A stretch of DNA of 64,000 bases, taken from positions 111,490-175,489 of the forward strand of contig CAMIME010000001.1 in assembly GCA_946221035.1 (NCBI GenBank). Direction: 5' to 3'. The position numbers and the translations under genes were made by a program. Shown one piece after another: positions 49,228 to 59,656 of the stretch (position 1 is its first letter; each line of letters opens with the position of its first letter). The notes below the pieces were generated by a model. It did no database searches. It had not been told where the DNA came from and was given only the letters and a program-made list of their open reading frames with translations. This DNA comes from an uncultured Campylobacter sp. GTDB lineage: Bacteria; Actinomycetota; Actinomycetes; Mycobacteriales; Mycobacteriaceae.

Positions 49228-50870
49228 GACTTGCGACCCCTCCGCTCGCGCACGCGCACGGCAATGCGGATCGGGGTGCCGTGGAAGCCGAACTGCTCAC
49301 GGAACTTTCGCTCGAGGTAGCGGCGGTAACCGGCATCTAAGAACCCGGTGGTAAACAGCACGATTGTCGGCGGGCGCGTCGTGGCCATCGTGGCAAATAG
49401 GAGCTTCGGAAGCCGGTTGTTCTTCATTGGCGGGGGGTTCGCGGCGATCGCGTCGCGCAGCCAGTTGTTGAGCTGGCCCGTGCTCACCCTGCTGTCCCAG
49501 TTCTCCAGCGCCACCTTCATTGCCGGCTCCAACCGGTGCAGGCCGCGACCGGTTTCCGCGGAGATGTTGAGCTTGGTCACCCACGGCAGGTGGCCCATCA
49601 TCTGATCGAACTCGCGGTCAAAGTTGTAGCGCCGATCCTCATCCATGAGGTCCCACTTGTTAAAGCAGACGACCATGGCCTTGCCCGCCTCGAGCACCAT
49701 GGAAATGACCCGCTGGTCCTGCTCCGAGATCTCCTGGGAAGCGTCAATGAGCACCACGCACACCTCCGCGGCCTCGATCGTGCCGCGGGTGCGAAGGGAG
49801 GCGTAGTATTCGTGGCCCTGCGCGTTTTTGACTTTCTTGCGCAGGCCGGCGGTATCGATGAACGTCCACAGATCCTCGTCCAGCTGCACAAGCTCGTCGA
49901 CCGGGTCGACGGTGGTGCCCGCCACGTTATCCACGACGGAGCGGTTCGACTTGGTCAGCTTGTTCAGCAGGCTGGACTTACCCACATTCGGCCGACCGAC
50001 GATGGCGACGCGTCGCGGGCCGCCGGTGACGGATTCGGCCGAACGCGGCACCTCCGGGAACAGACGGAGAATCTCGTCGAGGACATCCGCACCGCCGCGG
50101 CCGTGCAACGCCGAGACCGTCCAGGGATCGCCCAAGCCAAGCGAGTAGTACTCGGCCACATCACCCCACTGGCTGTCGGATTCAAACTTGTTGGCCACCA
50201 GGATCACCGGAACCTCAGATCGCTGGAGGTTTCGCGCCATCGCGGCGTCCGACTCGGTGACGCCGGTTTTGGCGTCGACCACCATAACGATTACGTCGGC
50301 CGTTTTCATGGCTGCCTCGGACTGCCGAGCGATTGCGGCGTGCACGCCCTTGGCGTCCGGATCCCACCCGCCGGTGTCCTGCACCCAGAAGCGGCGACCA
50401 TTCCAATCCGAGATGTAGCTCACCCTGTCGCGGGTGACACCCGGGTGGTCCTCCACGACCGCCTCGCGGCGGCCGATGAACCGGTTGACCAGCGTGGACT
50501 TGCCCACATTCGGGCGCCCCACAATGGCTACCGTTGGCAGGGCCTCGGTGACGACATCGGGGCGGCCGATGCCGTACTCCTCTGCAAGCGCCTCCCACTC
50601 CTCCTCCGAGAGGTCGTCAGCGTCGCCCGTCTCCGGATCACCTGTACCAATGACGTACTCCACGGGCTCGCCGAAGTCGGACTCGTCGAAATCCGACTCG
50701 TCGAAGCCCTCGTAGTACTCGGCATCGTCTACGCCGACTTCGATCTCCTCGAAGTCGTCGTAGCCGGTCGCGTCAATCCCCGGCTGCACGAACTCGGTTT
50801 CTGGCTCCAGGTCTCTTGGCGCAAGGCCATCTGGTTCGGTGCCGGAGCCCCGGTTGTCGCGAGTCGTCAT
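49224..50870 (-). CDS. der: Ribosome-biogenesis GTPase Der (EngA) with an acidic N-terminal extension
   Basis: Two tandem GTPase domains (GRPNVGKST twice) and a KH-like C-terminal domain. A ~110-aa D/E-rich N-terminal extension is present. Confidence 0.9.
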   Translation of the reverse strand: MTTRDNRGSGTEPDGLAPRDLEPETEFVQPGIDATGYDDFEEIEVGVDDAEYYEGFDESDFDESDFGEPVEYVIGTGDPETGDADDLSEEEWEALAEEYGIGRPDVVTEALPTVAIVGRPNVGKSTLVNRFIGRREAVVEDHPGVTRDRVSYISDWNGRRFWVQDTGGWDPDAKGVHAAIARQSEAAMKTADVIVMVVDAKTGVTESDAAMARNLQRSEVPVILVANKFESDSQWGDVAEYYSLGLGDPWTVSALHGRGGADVLDEILRLFPEVPRSAESVTGGPRRVAIVGRPNVGKSSLLNKLTKSNRSVVDNVAGTTVDPVDELVQLDEDLWTFIDTAGLRKKVKNAQGHEYYASLRTRGTIEAAEVCVVLIDASQEISEQDQRVISMVLEAGKAMVVCFNKWDLMDEDRRYNFDREFDQMMGHLPWVTKLNISAETGRGLHRLEPAMKVALENWDSRVSTGQLNNWLRDAIAANPPPMKNNRLPKLLFATMATTRPPTIVLFTTGFLDAGYRRYLERKFREQFGFHGTPIRIAVRVRERRGRKS

Positions 50871-51574
50871 CGTGCGCTCCTTTCAATTACGGCGGTCAGT
50901 GCCTGAAGCACTTCGTCCGGGGTCATCTCAGATGTGTCGACCACGACGGCATCGTCCGCGGGGCGAAGCGGGCTCGTCGCGCGAGAGGAATCCATGTCGT
51001 CCCTGCGCTGAACGTCTGCAAGCACCTTCTCGTAGTCGGCCTCTCGGCCGGCGGCGATGTCCTGGTCGTACCGGCGCTGTGCCCGCACCTGCGCGCTCGC
51101 GGTCATGAACACCTTGGCTGGCGCGTCGGGCAGCACGACGGTGCCGATGTCACGGCCCTCCACGATGGCGCGATGCGCATCACGGGCCAGGCGGCGCTGC
51201 AGCTCAACCAAGTTGGTCCGCACCTGCGGAATCGCGGAGACGGCCGAGACGTTGCGGGTCACCTCCGGGCCCCGAATCTCTGCAGAGACATCCTCGCCGG
51301 CGAGGAGGACCTCGGTGGAGTCCGGGTCATCGGACACCTCCAGCGGAAGTTGCGCGGTGGCGGCGATCACGCCTTCGACATCCTCCGGATCCACGCCCGC
51401 GCGCAGGACAGCCAAGGTGGCCACGCGGTACATGGCGCCGGTGTCCACGTACTTCGCGCCCATCAGCTTGGCCAACGCCCGACACATGGTGGATTTGCCG
51501 GTTCCGGAGGGGCCGTCAACCGCGAGCACCAGCCCGCCGTTGGGGGTGTTTGAAAGCTCTGCCATCTGCGTCAC
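50867..51574 (-). CDS. cmk: Cytidylate kinase
   Basis: It has a P-loop GPSGTGKST and a Cmk-family core. The order cmk-der is conserved. Confidence 0.85.
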   Translation of the reverse strand: MTQMAELSNTPNGGLVLAVDGPSGTGKSTMCRALAKLMGAKYVDTGAMYRVATLAVLRAGVDPEDVEGVIAATAQLPLEVSDDPDSTEVLLAGEDVSAEIRGPEVTRNVSAVSAIPQVRTNLVELQRRLARDAHRAIVEGRDIGTVVLPDAPAKVFMTASAQVRAQRRYDQDIAAGREADYEKVLADVQRRDDMDSSRATSPLRPADDAVVVDTSEMTPDEVLQALTAVIERSAR

Positions 51575-52509
51575 ATTCCCACCACCTTGTACAACGAAGC
51601 GAGTTCGGACGCGTTCAGCGCACGCATGCCGCCTGGCTTGAGCTCGCCAAGCTGCACGGTGTGCACCTTGGTGCGCACGAGCCGCTGCACCGGGAACCCC
51701 GCCTCCTTCAACAGCCTGCGCACGATGTGCTTGCGCCCTTCGTGCAGCTCGAGCCTGATCAGGGAGCGGCTCTCGTGCACGTCCACTATCTGGGCGTAAT
51801 CCACCTTCGCGGGGCCGTCGTCAAGCTCTATGCCCTCACTAAGTTTCCGCACGAGGCGGTTGTCGGCCTCGCCCAGCACGGTGGCCAGGTAGGTTTTCGA
51901 CACCTCGTACTTCGGGTGGGTGAGCCGGTTGGCAAGCTCGCCGTCGTTAGTCAGCAGGAGCAGCCCTTCGGTGTCAGCGTCAAGGCGACCGACGTGGAAC
52001 AAGCGCTGGCCGGAGGCCGTGCGCTCCGACAAGTAGGAGCCGACAGAGGTGCGGTCCAGCTCATCGTTCATGGTGGTGTGCACGCCGCGGGGTTTGTTAA
52101 AGGCGAAGTACTCAAGCTCCTCGTTGACGTTAATCCGGGCGCCGTCGACGCGGATGATGTCCACGTTCGGGTTGACCCGCACGCCCTGGACCTTGACCAC
52201 CTTGCCGTTGACCTCAACGCGCCCCTGGTCAATCATCGCCTCTGCGTGGCGGCGGGAGGCCACACCGGCCTGAGCCAGCACCTTCTGCAGGCGCACGCCC
52301 TCAGTGCTCGGCTTGGCCTCGGCATCGTCGTCCCACCAGTTGTCCTCCAATGGGTGCGGTTCCGCCTTCTCGCGGCGCTCGTTCAAGTGGACGTTCTGTT
52401 TCTTTGCGGGCTTCGCGTAAGAGATATAGAACGTGTCGTCTTTGGGCCGCCGACTGTTCGCGTTGTCGCGGTCCGGTGTGCCGTCTCGGCGAGCGGGAGG
52501 AGTCATCAC
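51571..52509 (-). CDS. rluB: 23S rRNA pseudouridine synthase RluB (RsuA family) with a basic N-terminal extension
   Basis: It has an S4 domain and a RsuA/RluB catalytic domain ([21 protein letters not shown]). Confidence 0.85.
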   Translation of the reverse strand: MMTPPARRDGTPDRDNANSRRPKDDTFYISYAKPAKKQNVHLNERREKAEPHPLEDNWWDDDAEAKPSTEGVRLQKVLAQAGVASRRHAEAMIDQGRVEVNGKVVKVQGVRVNPNVDIIRVDGARINVNEELEYFAFNKPRGVHTTMNDELDRTSVGSYLSERTASGQRLFHVGRLDADTEGLLLLTNDGELANRLTHPKYEVSKTYLATVLGEADNRLVRKLSEGIELDDGPAKVDYAQIVDVHESRSLIRLELHEGRKHIVRRLLKEAGFPVQRLVRTKVHTVQLGELKPGGMRALNASELASLYKVVGM

Positions 52510-52554
52510 ATGATCCTTTGCAGTAGTCGTATGCGGTTATTCACTCGGCCGAGG

Positions 52555-53139
52555 TTACCAGGCATCCTCAATTGCATCGATGTCCGGAAGCAGGGGCGCG
52601 AGGTCAGGGAGACGGTCGAGGGAATCGATTCCGAGCAGTTCCAAAAACAGCTCGGTGGTGACGTAGCGGTGGGCGCCCGAGGATTCGTCCGGGTCCACCT
52701 CCGCGATCAACCCGCGCAGGGTCAGCGTGCGCATGACCCCATCCACGTTGACGCCGCGCACCCCGGCAACCTGCGCGCGGGTCACCGGCTGACGGTAGGC
52801 CACCACCGCCAGCGTTTCCATGGCGGCGCGGGAGAGCTTCGCCTGGGCCCCGTCGAGGATGAACGCCTCCACCGCAGCCGCGTTCTCCGGCCGCGTGTAC
52901 AGGCGCCACCCCTCGGCGTTCTCACGCAGATCGATGCCACTGCCGCGAGCGTGCAGTTCGTCGCGCCATTGCAGCAGCGTATCGACGACATCCTCCGGCC
53001 GCACACCCAGCGCCGAAGCCAGCGCCTCGGCCCCCACCGGGGAATCCACGACGAGCAGCACCGACTCCACCTGCGACCGGAGCTGGGAAACCATGGGCAG
53101 CTGTTCCATGGTGCGAAAGTCTAACCGGGCAGGTGTCAC
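52555..53139 (-). CDS. scpB: Segregation and condensation protein B
   Basis: ScpB winged-helix repeats (LEAL...AYRQPVTRAQV). Confidence 0.85.
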   Translation of the reverse strand: MTPARLDFRTMEQLPMVSQLRSQVESVLLVVDSPVGAEALASALGVRPEDVVDTLLQWRDELHARGSGIDLRENAEGWRLYTRPENAAAVEAFILDGAQAKLSRAAMETLAVVAYRQPVTRAQVAGVRGVNVDGVMRTLTLRGLIAEVDPDESSGAHRYVTTELFLELLGIDSLDRLPDLAPLLPDIDAIEDAW

Positions 53140-53145
53140 CCGCCG

Positions 53146-53949
53146 CTACGTCCAGTTCGATGCCGCGACAACCGCAGGGTCGACGTCCAACCCGGTCCAC
53201 TGCACCTCCAACGGACCAAGCGCTTCGGTCTGCTCCGCCTCCACCGCCCGCGCCTTATACAGCTCGAGCAGCGCCAGGAACCGCCCCACCACCTCCATGG
53301 AGCGGGTGCAGTCCCGGGTCAGCGACGCAAAGGACAGCCAGACCCCGGCACCGGCCAGGCGCAGCGTGCCCAGCATCTTGCCTGCCTGTTCCGGCACCGA
53401 CACCTCGACGGCATGCAGGTGGTCAGTGCGCACCTCATCGGGCGGGCGCGGCCGGAACACGCTCGCCGCCAGAGCCGCGAACGACGCGGGCGTGTGCCCC
53501 AGCTCGACGGGAGGCAGCAGGTCCGTGAAGCGCGGCTCCATCGACACCGCGCGCGGGTAGCGCCGGACGGCACTGACCTGCCACCTGGAAAACTGATCTG
53601 CAACTTGCTGGTAGGCGCGGTACTGCAGCAAACGCGCGAACAGCAGGTCGCGCGTCTCAAGCAGTTCGAGGTCGTCCGGAAGCTCGTCGCCACTTCGCGG
53701 AAGCAGACGCGCGGTCTTCAGGTCGAGCAACGTCGCTGCGACCACCAGAAACTCGGTGACCTCGTCGAGGTCCGTGCCCTCACCCAGCGCGCGGGTGTAG
53801 TCGATGAACTCGTCGGTCACCTGCGCGAGGGCGACTTCGGTGACGTCGAGTTTCTTGGCGTAGATCAGCTGAAGGAGGAGGTCGAACGGGCCCTCAAAGT
53901 TTCCAAGCGCAAGCGTGAACCCGGTAATCTCCGGCTGCACAAAGGCCAC
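53146..53949 (-). CDS. scpA: Segregation and condensation protein A
   Basis: A ScpA/kleisin family sequence (GPFDLLLQLI). Confidence 0.85.
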   Translation of the reverse strand: MAFVQPEITGFTLALGNFEGPFDLLLQLIYAKKLDVTEVALAQVTDEFIDYTRALGEGTDLDEVTEFLVVAATLLDLKTARLLPRSGDELPDDLELLETRDLLFARLLQYRAYQQVADQFSRWQVSAVRRYPRAVSMEPRFTDLLPPVELGHTPASFAALAASVFRPRPPDEVRTDHLHAVEVSVPEQAGKMLGTLRLAGAGVWLSFASLTRDCTRSMEVVGRFLALLELYKARAVEAEQTEALGPLEVQWTGLDVDPAVVAASNWT

Positions 53950-54818
53950 TAGCTAGTGCGCTCCAACACTTCCCGAGCCAGATCACGGTATTGCTTCGCG
54001 CCTTGGGAGTTCGGGGCCCAAGTAATGATGGGTTCGCCCGCCACGGATGTTTCGGGGAAACGCACCGTGCGGGTAATCACTGTGTCAAAGACGCGGTCGC
54101 CGAAGACCTCCACGACACGGTCCATGACCTCACGGGCGTGGGTGGTGCGGCGATCGAACATGGTGACCAGAATGCCCACAATGTCCAAGTCGAAATTGAT
54201 GCGGTCGCGCACCTTTTCCACGGTATCCGTGAGCAGGGCCAGGCCGCGCAGGGAGAAGTACTCGCATTCCATGGGAATGATCACGCCTTGGGAGCACGCG
54301 AGCGCATTCACCGTGAGCAGCCCGAGAGAGGGGCCGCAATCGAGCAAGATGAAGTCGTACTCCGCGCGCACTGGCCGCAGGGCCCGCGCCAGCGTTTGCT
54401 CCCTCCCCACCTCGTTGACCAGCTGGATCTCGGCTGCCGAGAGATCGATGTTGGCGGGCACGAGGTCAAGCCCGCTGACGTTGGTGTGGTGGATCGCGGC
54501 GTGGATACTCGCCGTGGTATCGAAGAGCAGGTCGTAGACCGTGACTTCTTCCTCGTCGGGGGTGACTCCGAGCCCGGCGGACAGCGCACCCTGGGGGTCG
54601 AGATCCACCAGCAAGACCTTGCGCCCCGCCTCTGCCAGACACGCGCCGAGATTGATGGTCGAGGTCGTTTTACCAACCCCGCCCTTCTGGTTGACCATAG
54701 AAATCACCGTGGCGGGGCCGTGCCGCTCCAGTTCTACTGGTTCCGCGAATTCCCTCCATGGACGGCCGGTGAGGAACGTCTTCTGCTCAGACGCGTCGAA
54801 TAGCGCATCGTTTCCCAT
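53949..54818 (-). CDS. ParA/Soj-family ATPase
   Basis: It has the deviant Walker A motif NQKGGVGKTT. The start is placed at the internal ATG near 54818 because the longer ORF would overlap the upstream gene. Confidence 0.8.
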   Translation of the reverse strand: MGNDALFDASEQKTFLTGRPWREFAEPVELERHGPATVISMVNQKGGVGKTTSTINLGACLAEAGRKVLLVDLDPQGALSAGLGVTPDEEEVTVYDLLFDTTASIHAAIHHTNVSGLDLVPANIDLSAAEIQLVNEVGREQTLARALRPVRAEYDFILLDCGPSLGLLTVNALACSQGVIIPMECEYFSLRGLALLTDTVEKVRDRINFDLDIVGILVTMFDRRTTHAREVMDRVVEVFGDRVFDTVITRTVRFPETSVAGEPIITWAPNSQGAKQYRDLAREVLERTS

Positions 54819-54909
54819 CGCCGGTCCTTTCCACAGCGTGACTTTGGCCAGCCGATCAAACCTTGAGGCTTGACCGGCGCATTGATACCGCCATCTTACA
54901 ACGGTGTCA

Positions 54910-55950
54910 TTACCCCCGCCCGCGCCTGCGGCGCACGAGCAGCAAAGCGGCAAGAGCAAGCGCCGTCAGCAGCGCAGTCACACCCACCACAAGCGGCAGC
55001 ACATCGCGTATCGACGACTCCGTGTCAACCCCCTCCCCTTGACCGGATCGCCCTGCTTCCTCGCGGTACGGACTGTCCGTAGCGTCCTGAGCTTGTTCCA
55101 CCGGCGCGTTCGTCGCGGTGATGACAGCGATGAATTCGGCTGCCCCGTCCCGGACCACTTCCATAATGAACGGGTTGTCCGGGGTCTCACCCTCCGGGTA
55201 GGTCAAGGTGAGGGTTCGCCCCGCTACGTTGATGTCGCGGGTGACCCCCTCGATGATTTGCCCGTTCACGTCGACGTAGCGCAAGGTGGCGTTTTCCGTA
55301 TCCACATTGGCGTAGTTCAAAAGATCCTTCGCCTTGGACAGCGGCACCTTGACCACCAGTTGGTTGCCGCGAATTTCCCCGTCGAAGGCGAAGCGCTTCG
55401 CGTTCTGGCGCTCAACCGGAGAAGCGGCTTTGCGCGGCGGGTGCTCAACAGCGCCGGACTTTGCGCCTTCCCCACTGCCGCTGTTCCCCGGTTCCTCGCC
55501 GGCCGGGCGCTCTGCCGGTGCGGCTGAACCGTCGCCTGCGCCGTCACCACTACCGGCCGGTGCTGCTGCGCCCTCGCCGCCTTGTCGGCCCGCTCCCTGC
55601 CCGCCGCTTCCTTCGGCGACCAGGGTGACGGTGGCGGAGTATCCGCCTGCGCTCGCGGGCACACTCGCCGTGGCTCCCGGGGTATCCGGCGCGGTGACGG
55701 ACACAACGGTGCCGTGGGATGAGACCACCCAGCCGTCAGCGCTGTAGCTCACGTCCACGGGCACCCCGACATCGACCGACGTTGTCTCACCGGCGGGCAC
55801 CGAGATTTGGCTGGGAAGCATGCTCATGAGCACATCCGGGCTCACCCCACCCGGTAGCTGCGCAAGGGCGACTGAGGGCTGGGCGGCGGCGAGACATGCG
55901 GCGGCGGCAAGGGTTGCGGCCGCACTCCGGGCCAGGGAAGGAATGCGCAC
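54910..55950 (-). CDS. Secreted Gly/Ala-rich protein with a C-terminal hydrophobic segment and basic tail
   Basis: An N-terminal signal peptide (AATLAAAACLAAAQPSVALA) is followed by a low-complexity G/A/E/S-rich linker and a folded C-terminal region. It ends in LPLVVGVTALLTALALAALLLVRRRRGRG, with no LPxTG motif. Confidence 0.55.
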   Translation of the reverse strand: MRIPSLARSAAATLAAAACLAAAQPSVALAQLPGGVSPDVLMSMLPSQISVPAGETTSVDVGVPVDVSYSADGWVVSSHGTVVSVTAPDTPGATASVPASAGGYSATVTLVAEGSGGQGAGRQGGEGAAAPAGSGDGAGDGSAAPAERPAGEEPGNSGSGEGAKSGAVEHPPRKAASPVERQNAKRFAFDGEIRGNQLVVKVPLSKAKDLLNYANVDTENATLRYVDVNGQIIEGVTRDINVAGRTLTLTYPEGETPDNPFIMEVVRDGAAEFIAVITATNAPVEQAQDATDSPYREEAGRSGQGEGVDTESSIRDVLPLVVGVTALLTALALAALLLVRRRRGRG

Positions 55951-55987
55951 GTGTTGTTGTCCTCTCTACGGTCGCGGTGTGGGCAGT

Positions 55988-56902
55988 TTACGCGCGCGGG
56001 TGAGCGCTGCGCCAAACCTCCCGCAGGTTGTCGGCGGTGACGTGGGTGTAAATCTGCGTCGTAGTCACTGACGCGTGGCCGAGAAGTTCCTGCACGCTGC
56101 GCACGTCAGCCCCGCCTTCGAGCAGATGGGTGGCAAAGGAGTGTCGCAAAGTGTGGGGCGAGACGTCTTTGTCAATGCCCGCTCGCTGCGCGGCCTGTTT
56201 GATGACCGTCCAGGCGCTTTGCCGCGACAGCGCGCCACCCCGAGTGTTGAGCAGCAGGGCGTGCGACTTCCCGTTCGCAAACGCTGGCCGCGCGCGAACG
56301 AGGTAGGCCTCGATCGCCTCCTGAGCATGCGTGCCCAACGGAACGATCCGTTGTTTGTTTCCCTTGCCCGTGACCGCCATGACCCCGTCGTTGTCCATAG
56401 CCCGGGCGGCGTCGTCCACCGTGAGCGCGAGGACCTCCGAGACGCGAGCCCCGGTGGCGTAGAGCGTTTCCAAGAGGGCTTTATCGCGCAACCCAACCGG
56501 AGTTTCCGTCGGGCAGGAGTCGAGCAATGCGGCAACCTCCGCAACGCTCAAGGTGTCCGGTAGCCGTTCTCCGGCCGAGGGCGGCGATACCTCCGCGGCC
56601 ACGTCCGCCGGAAGCACGCCTTCTTCCACGCCGAACTTGTGCAGTCCGCGGGCGACGGTGAGTGCTCGTGCCGTCGATGACGCGGCCAGGGGCGCCGCCC
56701 CGTCGACGCCCCGCCGCAGGTCGGCGACGTACGCCTCAACCTCTCCCGTGGTCACCTGCGCCAAGTCGAGCTTGCCCGCTGCGGCCAGCCAGCGCAGGTA
56801 GCGCTCGACGTCCCGGCGGTAGTTGCTCAAGGTGTGCGGTGACATTCCCCGCTCGACCGCGAGGTGGGTCAGCCACCTCTGGCCTAACTCATCCGCGCGC
56901 AT
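55988..56902 (-). CDS. xerD: Site-specific tyrosine recombinase XerD
   Basis: It has the tyrosine-recombinase catalytic motifs ([39 protein letters not shown]). Confidence 0.9.
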   Translation of the reverse strand: MRADELGQRWLTHLAVERGMSPHTLSNYRRDVERYLRWLAAAGKLDLAQVTTGEVEAYVADLRRGVDGAAPLAASSTARALTVARGLHKFGVEEGVLPADVAAEVSPPSAGERLPDTLSVAEVAALLDSCPTETPVGLRDKALLETLYATGARVSEVLALTVDDAARAMDNDGVMAVTGKGNKQRIVPLGTHAQEAIEAYLVRARPAFANGKSHALLLNTRGGALSRQSAWTVIKQAAQRAGIDKDVSPHTLRHSFATHLLEGGADVRSVQELLGHASVTTTQIYTHVTADNLREVWRSAHPRA

Positions 56903-57550
56903 TTAAATGCGCTTCATATCGGGGACCACGCCTTCGGCTGCCCGCCGCCGCGCCATCGACGTGGGCCGCAGCTCGAACGGGGTGGACACATCGCGGGTTA
57001 CGGCCGCGTCCGATTCAACCCGGCTAGCTGCAAGGATCCCCGCCACAGCGATGGAGTTGACGATCTCACCCCGCAGAACCATGTCCACCGCGTCTTCGAG
57101 CGGCACCCACGCAAACCCCATATCGGCTTCCTCATGCTCCGCTTCGGGCCGCCCCACGTCACGCAAGCCCCGTGCGAGGAAGACGCGGACGGCCTCCTCC
57201 GCAAAGCCGGGCGAGGTGACCAGGTCCACCAGCACCCCCCACTCGTCGGCCTCAAGCCCCGCTTCTTCCTGAAGTTCGCGCTTCGCGCAGGTCAGTTCGT
57301 CTTCCTCGTGCACGTCGAGAAGGCCCGCGGGAAGCTCGCGCAGACGCGCCCCCACGCTGTGCCGGTACTGCTCGACCATTGCGACGCGGCCCTCGGCATC
57401 TAAGGCGACCACAGCGACGGCACCGAAGTGCTCTACGATCTCGCGGTTCGCGCGCGTTCCTCCCGGCATGGTGAGGTTGTCGCGCCGGAGCGCCAGAATC
57501 GGAGCGTCGATAAGCAGCTGTGAATCGTTGACGGTGAATTCGTGGGACAT
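56903..57550 (-). CDS. NUDIX hydrolase (ADP-ribose pyrophosphatase-like)
   Basis: A Nudix box (ELPAGLLDVHEEDELTCAKRELQEEAGL). Confidence 0.8.
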   Translation of the reverse strand: MSHEFTVNDSQLLIDAPILALRRDNLTMPGGTRANREIVEHFGAVAVVALDAEGRVAMVEQYRHSVGARLRELPAGLLDVHEEDELTCAKRELQEEAGLEADEWGVLVDLVTSPGFAEEAVRVFLARGLRDVGRPEAEHEEADMGFAWVPLEDAVDMVLRGEIVNSIAVAGILAASRVESDAAVTRDVSTPFELRPTSMARRRAAEGVVPDMKRI

Positions 57551-57581
57551 AGCTCCCCAGACTAGCCCGCCTACAAGCCCG

Positions 57582-58412
57582 CTATTTGGCCGCGGAAAGC
57601 ACGGCTAAGATGCGCCCCGCCTCCGTATCGACGGCGCCGACAGCACGTGCCCCCGACACGTCCGGTGCCTCCACATCCCGCGTGGCCAAAACTGTCGTGC
57701 CCGTGTCCCCGAGCGCTGAGACGAAGTCCTCCACCATCGACTGCCCGAACGGCTTCATCGAGTCCGCAGAACCGCCCACCACCACGACGGCGCCCGCGGG
57801 AACAACGGAGCCCCGAAAGTCCACGAAGCCAGCCTTCTGCAGCGCCTCCAACACCAACGACCGGTCTGAGGCAGATGCCCGTTCGGACCCCGCGGCCTCG
57901 CCCGTGAACAGCACGCTGGCCAGCGACTCGCCAGCGTGCGTTCCGGGCGCGCGGTTATCCACGCTCAGCTTCGCACCGGCGGGCAACGTGTTGGCGATGA
58001 CGGTGGAGAGCTCATCCGCCGCGTCTTGCGCGAAGAAGCGCTCCGTTAATATCAGTTGCCCGGAATCGGACGCGCCCGCAGCGTTGAGCAGCCAGCGGAT
58101 AGCCTCCACGTCGGCGTCGTCTGCGGTCCAGGTACGGACGATCGTCACCGGCACATCCGTCAAGGCGCCGTGGACGATGGACACCGATTCCTGCGCGAGC
58201 AGCTCGTTCGCCGCATCCTCCCGAAGCTTCGCCTCAGCGACAGCCTGCTCCTGTTCCGCATCCTCTGCCCCGCCAGCGGTGCGGGGGGCGATCCCGCCCG
58301 GAATTGACGGCGCAAGCACTAAGGCTCCGAGCGCAATTCCCGCGGCCACGCCCCAGCCCAGCCCCGCCAGTACTAGACCCACCCCGCCGCGTCGCCGAGC
58401 AATCCCAGCCAC
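57582..58412 (-). CDS. steB: Copper-transporter MctB-like / septal protein SteB
   Basis: An N-terminal TM segment and a MctB-family (Rv1698-like) sequence. It lies immediately downstream of the steA-like gene. Confidence 0.65.
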   Translation of the reverse strand: MAGIARRRGGVGLVLAGLGWGVAAGIALGALVLAPSIPGGIAPRTAGGAEDAEQEQAVAEAKLREDAANELLAQESVSIVHGALTDVPVTIVRTWTADDADVEAIRWLLNAAGASDSGQLILTERFFAQDAADELSTVIANTLPAGAKLSVDNRAPGTHAGESLASVLFTGEAAGSERASASDRSLVLEALQKAGFVDFRGSVVPAGAVVVVGGSADSMKPFGQSMVEDFVSALGDTGTTVLATRDVEAPDVSGARAVGAVDTEAGRILAVLSAAK

Positions 58413-58424
58413 CTGAGCTCCTTC

Positions 58425-59603
58425 CTACTTAAACCAACCCTGGACCGTGAGCGCCACAGTGTTCCAGGTGTCGATAATGTTGTCCGTGAACGTGCCCGCG
58501 CCGTAGCTGCCCGCGATGAGGACAATGGTGGCAGCCGCAACCAGCACACCCAGAATGCCCCACGCCCAGGCGACGCCGCCCCCGCCTTCGACGGCGTAGA
58601 GGTTTTCAATCATGCGGGAGTCCACCAACCGTTCGCCGGCTTTGAGCCGCGCGAGCAGCGCCGCCGGATCGGCCGCGCCTGCAGCGGATGCCTGCAGGAT
58701 CTCGTCCAAGCCGACCTCGTTGCCCACCGTGACGATCATTTCCGCACCATTGAACGCCGCGAGCAGGATCGCGAGGTCCGTCGGTGATTCCACGGCAGCG
58801 GGAAACGTCATCGCGCCCACACCGAGGTCCTGGATCCGCTCCAAACCGGGCGCGTATCCGTCCGGTTCGGCGGGCAGAATCACCCGAGCGTCACTGCGCA
58901 GCTGATCTGCATCAACCTCCGTCGGGTCACCCACGATGAAATCGGGGTGGTGCCCCATCGCCGCAAGCTCGTTTGCTGCCGCGCCGACGCCGATGACCAC
59001 CGGGGTGAACTCTCGCACGAAGTTGCGCAGCCCGTCCATCCTCGCCCGCAGGTCCGCCACGGGTGAAACGACCAGCACCTTGCGTTCCGCGATGGCGTCG
59101 CCCAACTCGGGCGTTCCCACGCCGTCGATAAGCAGTGGCGCCTCCGAGTGCATGACCTCGATGGCGTTGCCAAAGTAGGCCTCCATATTCGCCACCATCG
59201 CGTGTTGCGCGTCGGAGAAGGTCTGGTCCACCTCCGTGCGCGACACCGGGTGGGCGCGGCCAACGGTTTTTCGGCCCACGGTGATCTCACCGTCCGCAGT
59301 CACCGCCGCCTTTTTGCCATCGCGTATCGACGACCGAAGGTCAGAACCCCCCGCCTCAAACAGCGGGACCCCCGCATCCAGGAGCAGGTGAGGACCGAAC
59401 GTCGGCACAACCCCGGTCGAGAACTCGGCCAAGTTCACCACTGCTGCTGGCCGATGCGCGATGAGGTGCTCGGCGAGGCGGCGCTGCATGTCGGGGGCGT
59501 CAACGAAGACGATGTCGCCCTCTACAAGCTTGTTCATGCCCTTGCCCTGCGGAGTGCAGTCACGGAGCGTGCCCCGCAAGGTTTCGCTGGATGCAACAGT
59601 CAT
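58425..59603 (-). CDS. steA: Putative cytokinetic ring protein SteA (thiamine-pyrophosphokinase-like, Rv1697-type)
   Basis: A conserved SteA-family sequence with a C-terminal TM segment, lying between recN and steB. Confidence 0.7.
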   Translation of the reverse strand: MTVASSETLRGTLRDCTPQGKGMNKLVEGDIVFVDAPDMQRRLAEHLIAHRPAAVVNLAEFSTGVVPTFGPHLLLDAGVPLFEAGGSDLRSSIRDGKKAAVTADGEITVGRKTVGRAHPVSRTEVDQTFSDAQHAMVANMEAYFGNAIEVMHSEAPLLIDGVGTPELGDAIAERKVLVVSPVADLRARMDGLRNFVREFTPVVIGVGAAANELAAMGHHPDFIVGDPTEVDADQLRSDARVILPAEPDGYAPGLERIQDLGVGAMTFPAAVESPTDLAILLAAFNGAEMIVTVGNEVGLDEILQASAAGAADPAALLARLKAGERLVDSRMIENLYAVEGGGGVAWAWGILGVLVAAATIVLIAGSYGAGTFTDNIIDTWNTVALTVQGWFK

Positions 59604-59656
59604 GCGCCGTATTGTGCAACGTTGACCTGCTGAGATGCGGGAGGCGCGCGGGCAGA

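Noticed and set aside
49536-50906. 456-aa plus-strand ORF
   Set aside because: It is antisense to der.
51550-53124. 524-aa plus-strand ORF
   Set aside because: It is antisense to rluB and scpB.
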